From assembly GCA_016748015.1 (NCBI GenBank), contig JAAOMT010000762.1:434001-498000 (forward strand): a DNA stretch of 64,000 nucleotides, read 5' to 3'. Made by a program: the position numbers and the translations under genes. The notes under the pieces were generated by a model, which did not search any database, was not told where the DNA came from, and worked only from the letters and a program-made list of their open reading frames with translations. Position 1 is the first letter of the stretch. The number at the start of each line of letters is the position of its first letter. This DNA is from Geosiphon pyriformis uo1 (taxonomy: Eukaryota > Fungi > Glomeromycota). Positions 38,805-52,871 of the stretch are shown piece after piece.

Positions 38805-40074
38805 ATGATCATAAAAATAAAAGAGAAAAAGTTATTAAATTGCATAAAATTATAAAAAATTTCAAACTTTCTTAAATAAATACAAATTAAAACTTTTTTA
38901 ATATATTTATAATATATTGTTTCATTATTATTATTACTATTATTATTATTAACTGCTCTATATTTTTTATTCTATGTTAATACAAAACTTGAAAACTAAA
39001 CTATTTTTATTGATTTGATAGATTTTTGGTAATATTAAATTGTTATATTCAAAATATTTTGCAATATATTTACGATACAATTAATTATTTGTTTTGAACT
39101 GTTATTATATTATTATTTTTGATCTCAATCATTTTTCCAAATTGCAATATGACAAAAATAAAATTTTTACTTTGATATTGAGCATTTTGGTCTTTTTTCC
39201 AAGTTTATGGCCAATTCTTAATTTTATTTGTTAAAATCCTTCTTGTCCTTGAGGAATATTTTTCCCATCAATTTCTCTAAATGCAAATATTCATAAATAT
39301 ATGCTCTAAATTCAAATTAAATTTTATGATCTTTTTCTTTTTTTTTTTGGTAACAAACTCTAAGGAAAGTAATCTGATGAAAGGGAAAAATTATTTTGTT
39401 TAAGCAAATTTTTCTAGGCTGAAAGCTTTGGGATTTATTGAACCGATGATATGATTCGTTAAATTTATTGCAAAAATTCTGGGCATCTTCATCAATCATT
39501 TCTTACAAAATTACTAGATTGTAAATTATGATAAAAAGATCAAAACTGAGAAATCTAGAGAAGATATTAGAGATTTCTAACATTTTCAAGATGCAACCAA
39601 TATTTTCCTTACTTTGTTAACCCTTTACTCGACTAACGAAGACAGATCAACGCCCTATAAGTTTCCAAATGAGCACCTCAAAGAAAAACTTAAATTTTTA
39701 AATTAATAGAATAAAACCTGGCGAAGAGTTCTCAATCTGGCTTCCAAGCTAGGAAATTCTTTGTCCTAAGAAAGTATTGAGCAGCGAACAATTGAAGTGG
39801 ACAAGTTAGCAAGGTGGATTTTCGATCGGAAATGGCATCCTGGTGTATGGAAAAAACCCTCATTTCTAATCTTTGATGAGTTAGTCTAACCACCAATGAT
39901 ATATTAGTTTACTTTTCGACTGTCTTTAAAAGGTTTCCGACTTTTGGAACTTTTTGAAATAGTGGCTTACTTTATATTTCTTTCTTCCACTACTTAATGC
40001 GATATGAATGGTGCAGATGACATTTCAAATCACGTATTTTATCATTCATTGATCCAAAATCTCAGCTGTAAACT

Positions 40075-43000
40075 TTAATCAAATTCATCAATAGCAACAC
40101 CAATTTCTTTAGCAACTAATTGGGCATATTCTGCAACACCTCCTTCAATTTCTCTAACAACACCTTTTCCAACAAAGAAAACCTTTTTTGCAGTAGCTTC
40201 AACAAACCACCTATCGTGGCTAACAATAATTACGGCACCATCAAAATCTCTCACTGCACCAGCTACAGCTTCAATGGTCAACATATCTAAATGATTGGTT
40301 ATTTCATCTAATAGCAACAAATGGGGTCCTTCAAAAACCTGAACTGCAAACGCAACGCGACTTCTTTGTCCACCAGACAAAAATCTAAGTGGCATAATAG
40401 CCAAATCACCGGAAATGCCAAATCCCCCCAAATGTGCACGCGCTGCTGATTCATTAGTGCCTGGATATTTTTCTCTTAAATATGTCACGGCCGAAGAATT
40501 AATATTGAGGGCATCAACATGATCCTGTGCAAAGTAAGCGAGTTTCAGTTTTGGATGACGAGTCACCGTGCCTCGAGTTGGTGATAGAGTGCCTGCTAGT
40601 AAGCCCATCAATGTGGATTTACCGCCACCATTAGCACCAACGAATGCAAAACGAGTTCCGGGCTCAATGTTCAGCGTTACATTTTTGAGAATTGCAGCCT
40701 TGGAATTCGCATAGTTGAAGGAAACATCCTCAAGCTGTAGAAGAAATATAGCTTGTCGTAGGGAAGTTGATGTTGGTATAGACCAATTGCTGGCAACTTC
40801 GGCGCGCTCCACCACAATTTCCTCACGAGCAGTGTTAAAATATCCTATTCGGTCGCGTGAAAGCTTAAATCGAAATCCTGATGCACTTTTGTCCACCCCA
40901 AATCTTTCTAATTTCTATGAGCATTGGAAGAACGCGATCAATGTTGTTTTGGTCATTCCGTTTGAATTTCCTCTTTTGCCAAAAACTCGTTTTTTCTTAC
41001 CTTTTTACGGCTAGCCACCATCCCCAACTGTTTATCATTTCCACTATCTTTGGCCTTCTTTTTCGCCTTCTGTATACTCTCTTCAATATGTTTCTTTTGT
41101 TTCTCCTGGGTTTGCAGCTTTCTCTCTTTCATTAATCGTTCATTTTCTAAATTCTCTTCAAATTCTTCGTAATTACCAATATGATACGTTAGCTTTGTAT
41201 CTTTGAATCGGATGATCTCGCTAACAATCTTGTTAAGAAATTGGCGATCATGGGAAACAATAACCAATGTCGTGTCAAAAAGTGTGTTTAAGTAGTCTTG
41301 TAACCACAAGATCCCCGGAAGATCCAAGTGATTGGCTATCGCAAATAAAGGTGGCGATGTTAGCTGATCATCTTAACAGAAATTAAATGACCAATATAAA
41401 TTATAAATTTGGCATACTCGGTTCATCAAGTAACAAAATATCCGGTTCAAGAAACAATGCTTGAGCCAAAGCTACACGCATACGCCAACCACCAGAAAGA
41501 GAAGAGAGAGTGGCCATCGGAGAATGTTGTTGCTTTGCCGAAAAACCAAGACCTGATAAAATTTCTTGGGCACGTGCTTCAGCAGAATCGGCACCAATCT
41601 ATAGGAGAAGATCAAGATTCAAATAGTTGGACAACTTTAAATTCCTTGAAATGTTTGAAAGTTAAGAAGTTTGAATACCTGTTCGAGTTTTTGGTAAATT
41701 TCTTTTAAAAGCTCCTGTCCTAGGATGGCATAGCTTTGATTAGGTTTATTAAGATGAGACTCTTCTAGGACTCTAGTTACCCGGCGAAGAAAAAGATAAG
41801 TAGAATTTCGAATTTCATAAGTAGAAAAGTGATTTTTGACAGACCTTTTGGCAGCCTCAACTCTCGCTTCTGTTTGGATCAACTCTTGTCTTGCCTCCAC
41901 ACCACGTCTACCACTTCTCTTTATCGCAATTTGTCGGGCGTTTTCCAACTCTCTTTCTAAACGTTCAAGTTGGACTTGCCTTACAATGCGTGAAATTTTT
42001 TCTTCTGTTCCATCATTCTCTATTGCTGATGATAATAGTTGTTTCTCGTGTAGAAGTCTCGTACGTTCTTTATTTGCACGCAAGACAATATTGACCACCG
42101 TATCCTGTTCGTTCAGACTTTCTAGTTGCTCAATGTAGAGTACGCGAACATTTTTCGGGAAACCAATTAGTGCGTCTTCGGCTATACATTTAAGAAGAGC
42201 TTATAAGGAAATTAATTGGAGTTAAGCGACGTGAATGTTGAAAAAAAAGCAATAAGACTATATAACGCCTTGAACATACTTGACTTTCCGATCCCATTTC
42301 TTCCAATTAACCCATAATGTACGCCAGTTTTCAATTTCAATCTCGCATCAACCAGTAGTTCCTTTGTGCCAACAGTAAGGTTGACATCTCTCAAATCCAC
42401 CTAAAATAAGTTTTATCTTATTTTGTGGAAACTAATTTGAAAACGTCATTTCCAAAAACTGACCTCTTTTGATAAAGTTTCCAAAGTTTCGGTATGAAAC
42501 CTTGACTGCTGAGAATACCCAACAATTTCTGGAGTTGCAATCACAGGCTCATTGCTTATTAAAGGAGGTGACTTTTCCTTTTCTTCACTTTTCGATTCAA
42601 TATTCTGGACCTTCTTTAACTGGATCCTTGTCGCATCCTGTCCCGCAATTTTCGTGTTTGAACCAGCACCTGCTTCATAAGGAAGCAAATTTCGAGCTAA
42701 TTTCGATGGCAATGACACATCGCAATACGGATTTAGATCCTTTTCTAGATCAGTTGAAATGCGGACCTAAATAAATGAAAGCGAATTAACTAATGATAAC
42801 TTTCGGGTTTTTCTTGATTAAAACACTTGAAACCCACCTTTCCAATACCTTCTTCTATTCCTACACTATCATTACGAATAAATGTTCGCAAATTATCATA
42901 AACTACCTTCAATTGATTCTCTTGCATTCCCGCATCCAACAAAAAATGTTCGGTTGATTCGCGAATTAAATTAACGGATTCATCAATGTCATTAGATTCT

Positions 43001-43119
43001 TTTATCTCGGATTCGGAGCTTAAATCATTTAATATACTGATGATATATTGTTTAATGTCATGGTCAAGAGAAATTGTTGAAGGGACAGCGGAGAAAAATT
43101 TTATTGAAAAATCCGACAT
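40075..43119 (-). CDS. ABC-F family ATPase (two NBDs, no TM; GCN20/ARB1-related), multi-exon
   Basis: NBD1 [40 protein letters not shown]2 [30 protein letters not shown]. Confidence 0.93.
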
Positions 43120-44149
43120 TTATAATTGAATGGTCTTGAGCTTTTTGAACTTTGGGAAAATAAAAATTTCAGTCCCTTATATTTCAATTTTTAACGCCCT
43201 ATTCACAGCTGCGGAAAATTTTTAAGGTGCACGAATTAACCGCCGCAGCTTTAATTAATCAATCTTAAGTTGCTGCGCGACTAATTGCTTTATCAAGTGA
43301 AGTCTATTTCAGTAATGAGCCGGCTCAACAAAATTACCGATTTGCCGAAAACGGTAGATCTTATTCTTAAAGGCGAGTGAATTTGTTATCCAAAATTGAA
43401 ATTACTGATGTTAAAAAAATCGAGAGTAATAACAAAAGATGCTGGTAAAATAACCTTTATATTTGCTATATAAATGACCCATTTATTTTAAAGCTAGAAG
43501 CTACAATTTGCAACTATAACTCAGAGCATTATTGTTCTAATTCCATGCGCTTATAAAATTGCTCACTTGAAAAGAAAGAGAATAAAAGAAAAAAGTAAAT
43601 TAAAAGAAACTTGATATGAAAATGTGAAGAAAAAGAAGAAAGGAAAAAACATTTAAAGTAAACCATTTAATTTTCAACATAACAATAGAGGTATTTTTAA
43701 TCTTAAAATAATTAATTTTTAAGATAAATATAATTATTTTACCTTTTATTTTTACAAATTATTTTATATTTAAACAATAAAACCAAAAGTATTTTAAATA
43801 ATCATAATATTTATATTATATTAAAATTAATTATAAAATTATTCAAATTTACAAATATACTACTTAATTGTAGAAAAATCTATTTTGATTAATTAATATG
43901 AAAAATATGTATAAGCTAATACTAATTCATATTAAATTAATTATTCATGCTAATATGATCTAATAACAAATATAAAACAGTAAATAAATTTTTTAATAAT
44001 TTCATAATTGATTGCAACTTGGAATTATAGTGTTATAAATCAATTAAAATGTGCACATATTTAGAATATTTCTCTGTGAAAATCGTCAAGATGTTTGTTT
44101 TACAAAAATTGTACGCACCTACCCAAATTAAGTATAAATCATTTGACGA

Positions 44150-46312
44150 TGCAAGAATTGGTCGCTGTACATTCTTTACCTTATTCATTTGAACAACGAA
44201 AAAAATGGTGAGCTTTGAGGTCGATAATGAAAACCATATGGAAGAAAACGTATTTTCAGCTATAAAAGATCGTCGTCCAAATTATAAGTGGCGAAATTTT
44301 AAGAGTTGGGTGATAGATGGAATTATTCAAGATTTCCAAAAACGAATGAAAGACAAAGATTTGGCCCAGCTGTTTGCCAACTGTTGGCCGAATACTTTAG
44401 GTATTGGAAAAAACCTGCGAGAAGATAGAGATCTTATTCACGATTCCAAATATTAGGAATTCTATCTTTAATTAAGTTTTCAAATGTTTAAAGATCGGTT
44501 CATCCGGAAGATAAATAATAATCAAGACACGCCTAGAACTTTTGTGGTTCCTGGCGGGATTGAGTAGGTTTTTTTGGCGTATTTTGAATTATTTAGATTC
44601 CAAAGAATTTTTGAATTTTTCTTTTTAACATTCAAAATGGATCCAAGGGTGATGTTCTTGCGAGATTCAACAATGCAAGTCTTGTCATATGTTCCGTATA
44701 TTTCGAAGGACTCAGATCTAAAAAATATGATTCTTGGGGTCATTAATCTTCAAGCTGAATACATTTTAGAGGTATTATTTCAGTGTTTTTTTAAAGCTCT
44801 ATGCAATAAAAAAATCATTCTAATTGCAGACAAACCTTTAACTATTTCAAAGAACCCTTATGCCAATTCATTTTACGCCCCCGATGATTCTGGAATATCT
44901 CGGCCTTACAATCCATGGTATAATAATGATATATCAACGCCACAAAGATCAGAGTTGACTTGGCAGGTTAAGTGGCAAGTGGACTCATTAGCTTCCTTTC
45001 TCAAATTATCATATAACTTTTGGGTCCACACGAAGGATGAGTCTTTGATTTTTAATATAACTTGGCGAAAGGCTGTGAGGAAGGTGCTTGCTACGCTGAG
45101 GGACCAACAAAGTGGGACAATAGAAGAATTTGAAAATGTGGCTTATAGTTTCTCCAGAGAATCTAGGAATCCTGGGGAGACCTTGAGTATGGGCGGAATA
45201 GGTAAGATTTCAGAAGCATTATTTTGTCAAAATATTTAAACAACGAATAAGCTGTTAAACTATCAATTCCAAAAATTTGTGATTTTAGGTATGGCTGTTA
45301 CTCGAGCAGGTAATAAGGTATTAATTCCCTCGTCTATACATTGATCATAAGTTAATTATGGTTCTTTTATTATTAGGTTTGATCAAATCCCAGTTTCGGT
45401 CATCCGACGATAGCACAACTTTTCCTTTTATCATCTCATCAAATGCAATGATAGCCGTTGAACTTGAACATGTTCAAGAAGTTTTAGTCAAAAATGATCC
45501 AAAGCTTGCAGATGAATTGGGTGATTTAGCGATCGAAATTCGAAAAGCTATTCAGGATTATGGTGTTGTAAATCACAAAAAATTTGGCAAGATTTATGCC
45601 TATGAGACGGATGGCTTCGGCTCGGTAAACCTTATGGATGATGCTGCAATTCCCAGTCTCATTAGTTTACCATATTTGGGATTTGTCGATGTGAACGAAC
45701 CTACATATCAAAACACGAGAAAGTTTGTTTTAAGCGAATTCAATAAATATTTTTTCGATGGACAATTTACAACTGGGATCGGAAGCCAGCATACGGGATT
45801 AGGTTATGTTTGGCCTATAAGTATATGCATGAGAGTGAGATTTTCTTTTTCTTTTTGGAAAGTGTATTTGTTTTCGCGTCAATAAAGATTTTAGAAATTT
45901 TTAAATATTTTATTTATAGATTCTAACATCAACGGACGATGATGAGATAAAATCAAATTTAGATCAGATCAAATTACTTTCATTGAGTTCGGGTCTTATT
46001 CACGAAGCGACATGGTACAACGATACAGAAAACCGAACGCGAGAATGGTTTGGGTAAGTTACAATTTATAGCTTGATTATGAGAAATTACCCAGAGAATT
46101 ATTTTATCACGCTCACATTTTTTTTGGCAAATTTTAACAGTGCGGCAAATAGCTTATTTGGAGAAGTGATTCTCAAAGTCGCTCATGAGAGGCCCCACTT
46201 GATTTTTTCGGAAAATTATTTACCTTCTGGAATTCCTGTATATATCCCAGGGTTCCTTATTCTCATAGCACTGGTAATCTTTTACAGTTATGTAAATGCC
46301 AGATTAAGATGA
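44150..46312 (+). CDS. GH125 (DUF1237) homolog 2 with C-terminal TM; multi-exon; start uncertain (~44050-44205)
   Basis: DKDLAQLFANCWPNTL, MFLRDS, KWQVDSLA, FRSSDD, AYETDGFG..MDDAAIPSLISLPYLGF, GLIHEA, TREWFGAANSLFGE, then a TM segment. Confidence 0.9.
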
Positions 46313-46817
46313 ATATTCAGAATATTGATGGAGGTTGAGACTTAATTTATAATAGTTTATATAGAAGTTACCTGTTTTGCGGCCAAATTTATGATTAAAT
46401 GAAAATTTTATTATTAATGAGTTTGAACGAATAAGCTATTTGTATCTATTGTATAGGCTTATTGCTTATTTAATAAATTTTTTTTTAATAATCATGGTTA
46501 TCTTTAGCTTGGAATATTTTTTGGAAAATCAAATAATTATATAATATTTAATGATTAATTTAATAAATTTTAATTAATTATTTTTAAAATTTAAAAAATA
46601 TAAAATTTTTAATTAAAATGTTTTATAGCAATAAAGAAAACTATTTTTTTGGTTAAAATATTTAAATATTGTTACAAGGTATTAAAATTTTTATTATAGT
46701 AATAATAGATATGTAAATTTTATTTTTCGATAAAAAAAATCCATAAATTAAAAAGTTTTTTATTTTATTTTTATCATTACACGATATTTGAATTTAAAAA
46801 ATAAATCAAATATTATT

Positions 46818-46849
<32 letters not shown>

Positions 46850-48726
46850 TTTAAAAAAATATAGATTTTTTAATTTTAAAATGAATAATAATTTTTGATT
46901 ATATTTTTGAATTTTTATTTAAGGTCGAATTTAATAAAATTTTCATATTTTTTATTTATTGGTTAAATTAATTCTGTATATATTACAAAGCAAAAAAAAA
47001 TTTTGGTAACACATAATAAAGATTGCTAAGCTTTCAAAATCATTAAAAACTTACAAAAAATTATAAATATTATATGACTCAATCTTTAAAAAAATGCTTT
47101 TAATAAAAAATAATAAAAATGTTGTTAATTTATAAGAGGTTATTATCAATTCATCAAGTGGTTTAATTTAAAACATAAATTTCAATAAACTTCATCAATT
47201 GATTGTTTAGCAATAATTAAAAAAGATAGACAACATTTGATAAAGAATTCTTTGATTCATATAAATCTGTTCATAATCAAAACCTGCTCAAATTGTAAAT
47301 CACCAAAATAATAGAAAAATCAGTATATTTCTCAGATACAAATGAGGTGGTATCAAAAGACACATCATTCAGTGTATGCCTGTTATTGTCTGGTTTAACG
47401 ATAACACAATAGCAACAAAATTTAAACAATTATAGTTTGAGGATTTCAAGGAGGTATTAATACGTAAATAATAAGTTTTGCAATTCAAGGGGTTGAGTCA
47501 TAAAAATTAATAGTTCTTTTCCTTTCTCATAAAGCGTGAATTTTAATAAATAGAATTATTTGTCTAATATTAAATTTAATATCTGAGGAAGTTATGGAAA
47601 TTTCTAGTTAAGGAATTGAGAGTAAATATTAATTTTTAATAGTTTATTTAACCTTCTTGAAAGCTCAGAATTTGAAAGAAGTTTTCTGCTGAAATCTTTC
47701 ATGCTATTAAGAATAATATGCCATATTGAAATGCAAGAGAGATTAAATTGAATTGATACTATACTTAAATAGCCCAAAAGAATTGCATATTTCAATAATT
47801 ACCCTAAAGAGTAAAGTTACTCCTGCATCTGGATTAATAGCGTAATAATTAATAATGCTTGCAATCAGAGATATTTTTCAAAGATATAAATCATGGGAAG
47901 CCTCACTACAAAAACATAACTTTTGGTCAAGTTTATCTATTTCTTAACTCTTAACCTGATAATAATATAATTAAACATTTCAAACATAACAATCTTTCTT
48001 TACATGGAGACCATGGATCCAAAATGGCAAAATACTTCGTCAACCAATCACTTAAATAAAGGTCGTGAATACAGACGGGAGGTCGGTAATCGATTGGAGG
48101 ATGAGGCTTTACATGAAGGAAAAACTTTGGCGTTGAGGAGGAAAGAGTTTTATAAGAAGTTGAAGGGGTATAGGAGATAAAAAAAGCCCTAAGTTATGGA
48201 GTTAAGAAAAATAAATGCTTTATTTTTGCTTGATTACCTGCTGGTGGGTGTCAAGTCCATTAAGAATGCCTTTGACTATCAAATCATTTTATGGTTTTTG
48301 AATTTCAAAGATTAATGATAATTCCCATCTCTCGATAAAATTAGCTTTTAAAAATTGTGGTTATACAAAGTATTTTCTTTAATTTGATATCTTATAATTA
48401 AATCTTATTACCTTTTCAAAAAATATATCTTAATATTATTCTTGCATGAAGTTTGTCAATTGGATCAGATTATAATTTGATTTGTATTCAATCTCTATTT
48501 GGCCTGCTTTTTTCATACCGCATAAAAATATTTCCAAACTACCCAGGAGGAGAGACTTCTCAGAGTAATTAGGTAGGCATAATCTAGATTTGAAATAAAC
48601 AACCAAATATATATTCGATAAAATTCCGATGAACTTAAGAGAGTGGCGATTTTTTGTCTAAGACAGACATTTGAAATTATTGGTAAAACTCATTCGATCA
48701 GTCCTTAAAGCAATTCTTCAATTGCT

Positions 48727-49490
48727 TTAAGGACAAGATGGTTTATCAATATCCTTTTCAGGACAAACATTATTCACAACTGGTGGTATAGGACATACTG
48801 CTCCAACAGGGTTTCTTGGAGGACATAATGCGGCGATTGCTGGCCGAGGTGTTAAAGAGGCAGGTGCTGGGCAGACAACTGGTTTAGGTGCCACAATATT
48901 TTCAACCGGAGCAGCTGGAGTATTAGGAGCTTTCGGAGCAGATATTCGATACTGGGGTCTCGGAGCAATTGGACTCACAGTAGTAGCGTTTGGTGGATAA
49001 ACATATGAAACCGAGCCTGTGGAGCAACAGGAGCTGTTGGACCGACTGGGGCTACGGTTGGACATACATTTGAGGTAATTTCATTCGGGATATTTGGAGC
49101 TATTGGGCCTACGGGTGCGCATCCATTTGAGGTAGGTGTGTTTGAAGCAACTGGACTATTTGGGGGCAAATATTTGATACTGGGGTGACAGGTACTGCAA
49201 GAGTTAAGACTGAAATTCTGATGCTGGTAGTCTGGGCATGATTGGAATTATAGGGCTAACAGGTTTACACACTTCAGAAACGGCTGGAGCTGGAGCTACA
49301 GGAATATAAGGTGAACAGATTTCGGTATTAGGAGGTGACAAAGTTTCAAAACACTGACTTGATCCGATAGTTGGACCATCACATTGAAGCCCAATCGGGG
49401 CAGAATTGACATTAAAAAACCAAGAGGTTAACGAAACAACAAAAAAAGACAAAATAGTTTGTGATAAATTTAGTTTCTTTTTTTTATATC
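48727..49490 (-). pseudogene. Frameshifted secreted Pro/Ala/Val/Cys-rich repeat protein
   Basis: Signal-peptide-like KKLNLSQTILSFFVVSLTSWFFNVNSAP with no in-frame ATG seen. Three consecutive ORFs in different frames share (N/E)(V/I)C-P..(A/S)P(V/I).P units. Confidence 0.65.
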
Positions 49491-50267
49491 AAGAGAACTC
49501 GAAGTGTGGCAAAATTGAGAAATGCGAATGTAAATCCATGCCCATTTAAAATATGTACAACCAAAAAAACTACGCTTCAAATAGAAAATGCCAATCATGC
49601 TCAGAATTTAATGTACATTGAAAACAAGATCTTGATCTTGGAAACTTTTGAAGCGCAAACTCGATAAATCCCAAAGGTAACCTGAGGATAGTTTTTAATT
49701 CCTTCAATAATGTTTTCGATTCCGAATTTTCTGAAAAGGCTTTTTAAACATTCTTTGAGAATTGCGCCATTACTTTCATTTAAAAAAGTCAATGATTCAT
49801 TGATCTCGAATTTATTAATATCATGTACATATTGAACCAATTGAACCTTCAATTTTTAGCTAAAGACACAAGTATAAAAACTTTCCAAGTCAAATTTAAG
49901 CGAATTAATATTTGCGAAAACCAATCTAAATCTAGATAATAGCAACCTGTTTTAAAAGTCAAATGATCAGAATTCATTTCAAGATCACGCGTTTTTATTA
50001 CATGATGGTACATTTAGATGAATTATCTATTAATTTAACTCAAACACCGCTGCGCGAGATTGCAGAACGGTGACCCCTGAAAAACCCTAATCGATAATAA
50101 AGTTTATATCAAGGAGTTATATTTTTCTTTTTGGACAATTTAATATTTTCTGAAAGGTAAGCTTCAACTGCATGATTTTATTTTTGAATATTCAGTTTCT
50201 CATTCAAAAACTATTTCCCCAAATATTGCATTTATCCATTTAGTTTTATCATACCCTAGTAATTAAG

Positions 50268-51808
50268 ATGAGATTCGGAGATTTTCATCTTGATATTTGG
50301 GCGAACGAGAGAAAGCTTTTGACTCGAACAGAACCGATATCACAGGTAAAGGTAAAGTCAGAAATTTAATATTTTTGTCGAATCTGATATTCCTATTTAA
50401 AAGAAAAATATTTGATGCCTTAGTCAACCACTACCCCATCATACATCATTGATCAGAAGACTGGGAAGAAAAAAATCAGGTACAAACAAAAGTTTCCTTT
50501 ATTAATTGTTTCTTTCGATTTTTTCTCATTATTTTCATCTTCTTTTCCAGTACACATGAGATCTACGCATATGTCAAGGATATTGAGAGTTATTTTGACA
50601 TACATTTCAAAGCAGATAAAGCCAGCAATCAAAATCCAATGATTGCCAAAATCTATGTTGATGGAATGACCGATGGATTTGCATATGATATTAAAGATTC
50701 AAATTGGAATATTCTTTCTGCCTTCCCTGACCCAAAAAATAATAATTTGTATCGATTCAAATTTAGTAAAACTTCTTGTTCAGAGGAAAATTGTCCCTTA
50801 GCTGAAGATAAGCTTCAACGAGGCGGATTTCATGCAGTCTCAGTTTACTGGTGGAGAGCTGAACTCATCGATAATAACACATTTGGCAGAAGACGAAGGC
50901 AAAGATACGTTCAACAATTTCATCAAGTAGCTCAAGGAATAATAAATGATAAAGAAGATAATACCTTCTCGGTTGCTCTTGAACGACAGGAACAATTTTA
51001 TAATCTAAGGGTTGATACACGTGAAAAAAAATTAAGACGCGTGAAAGGAATGGAACCATTGGCGGTTTTACACCTTCATTATTGCCGTCTGGTCACTCAT
51101 AACCTCCCTCGATCAATAAAAAAGCCTTCATCAATCATTAAATCCAAAAAAAATTTGATTCACGGTATGAAATATGAGTATGAAAACAGTTGGATTAGCA
51201 TGTCAGAAGAAAATACAGAAGACTATGTTGGAACACGAAAAATTCCAATAGGAAGCGCTTTTAACGCTATCGACACAAAGCCTGAGGACATTTCAAGCTT
51301 TCAGTCTTCAACCATATCATCTGAATGGCTTTCGATAAGTAGCCCAAGTTTTTTTGCTTCATCTCCTGACAGTGAGAATCCTGTTGAATCCAGGATGAGA
51401 GCAACCTCCAATGTTTCTTTAAACAAGCCAATATTATGCAATTCAAACCACAATAATAAACAAGCTACTGAAGTTTCTACAAGAATCCACTTAAACAGCA
51501 AACAAACACACATCAAAATTGAACCAAATGCTCTTCAACCTCTTAATACCAAATTTAAATATGAAGATTTTCCACTTAATGAATCCGAGAATTTAAAACC
51601 GATCTCTGTAGAAGCTGACTCCGGGGACTTTTTTCGAAATAATGAGGGATATCCCAGCACTTATTTGGGACGAGATGCAAAAGATCTACGAAATGGTAAG
51701 CTAACCGTTAGAAGATTAATCCTTACTGTGAAAAATGTCAAGTCATCAAGAAAATGTTTTTCAGGACCCACCCTACGCAAAAGAAAGTATGTAGCGAGTC
51801 CAAATTAA
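50268..51808 (+). CDS. DUF7918-like fungal protein with a disordered Ser-rich tail and KRK NLS-like motif; multi-exon
   Basis: MRFGDFHLDIWAN.., GT-AG introns upstream of 50551, IAKIYVDG, AVSVYWWRA, PLAVLHLHY motifs. Family assignment is from recalled motif similarity only. Confidence 0.65.
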
Positions 51809-52784
51809 AATGTCAGATTCTAACGACGAGCCTCAATTGCTTGATGTCAAGGGGAAAATGAAACGAACGCGATTATCTACAATATCACCCAAAGATTTTT
51901 CAAAGGCATTTTAATAGCAGCCAAGGTTGACATTGAAATGTATTTCGGTATATCGATTCAACTCATTCCCGCCTAAAGAAAAGAAAATACTAGTACTGAA
52001 GAATTTATTTAGCCAAAACGATAACCTCAGATACTTGCACTTGTTTTCTTTTCCAGAATAACTACGATTTCTCAGATTTCTTTGATAACCCTAAATCCTT
52101 TCGGATAAGCACCAGAAGTGATTTAAAATTGTTTTTCTTTTTTGAAGTTTGGGATTGGACTAAAATTTCAAAATTCGGGAATATTTTTTGAAACCGAAGA
52201 ATCACGATAATTATACTTTTTTCTAATGTATACTATCAAAGTTTTAGGATTTACTATTTTTTCTTACGTTCTTTTATTACTTTTCATTATTTGGCTGTCA
52301 CAAAGAATTGTCAAACAACTTAAACAAAAGCTTTAGTATTCGCTTCTTCAAAGAGGTAACATATTTTTTGAAAATGTGAAATTGAATATCTCAAAATTTC
52401 CATGTTTTTTTTCACAGAAAAATGTAAATCTACAATTGATACTATTACGGTAAATATGCAATTAAGCTTTAACCAAAACCTTTTTTAATTGACTAAAATA
52501 TAGTTGTATTCATCCCGACCTGTTTTCTAGGAATTCAGGCTTTTGTATTTCATTAGAGTTTAGGTTTCTGAAATTTAGTTGAATATGATTCCTTTCATGA
52601 GTTAAAAATTACATATCTTTTCATTATTGACGTTTGAATTAGTGGTGAAAACACCAAGAATGGGGGTTTTTTTTATCATTCAATTATTTTTGCCAATGTA
52701 TTTATTTTATTCGTGAATTTAATAAAAAAATTAAAAAATAACAATATGAATATAAAATTGAAACAATAAATAAATAAATAAGTA

Positions 52785-52871
52785 CCGTAAACTCCCGTGA
52801 ATAAGCAACCCCCCTAAGAATCGATCCAAAATTGATGACATAGGGGTTTGCTTATTCACGGGAGTTTACGG
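52785..52871. mobile_element. 87-bp MITE with 24-bp perfect TIRs and TA target duplication (Tc1/mariner/pogo type)
   Basis: TA|ccgtaaactcccgtgaataagcaa ... ttgcttattcacgggagtttacgg|TA. Confidence 0.85.

Noticed and set aside
40715-42774. Plus-strand ORFs over the ABC-F locus
   Set aside because: Antisense shadows of the real minus-strand exons.
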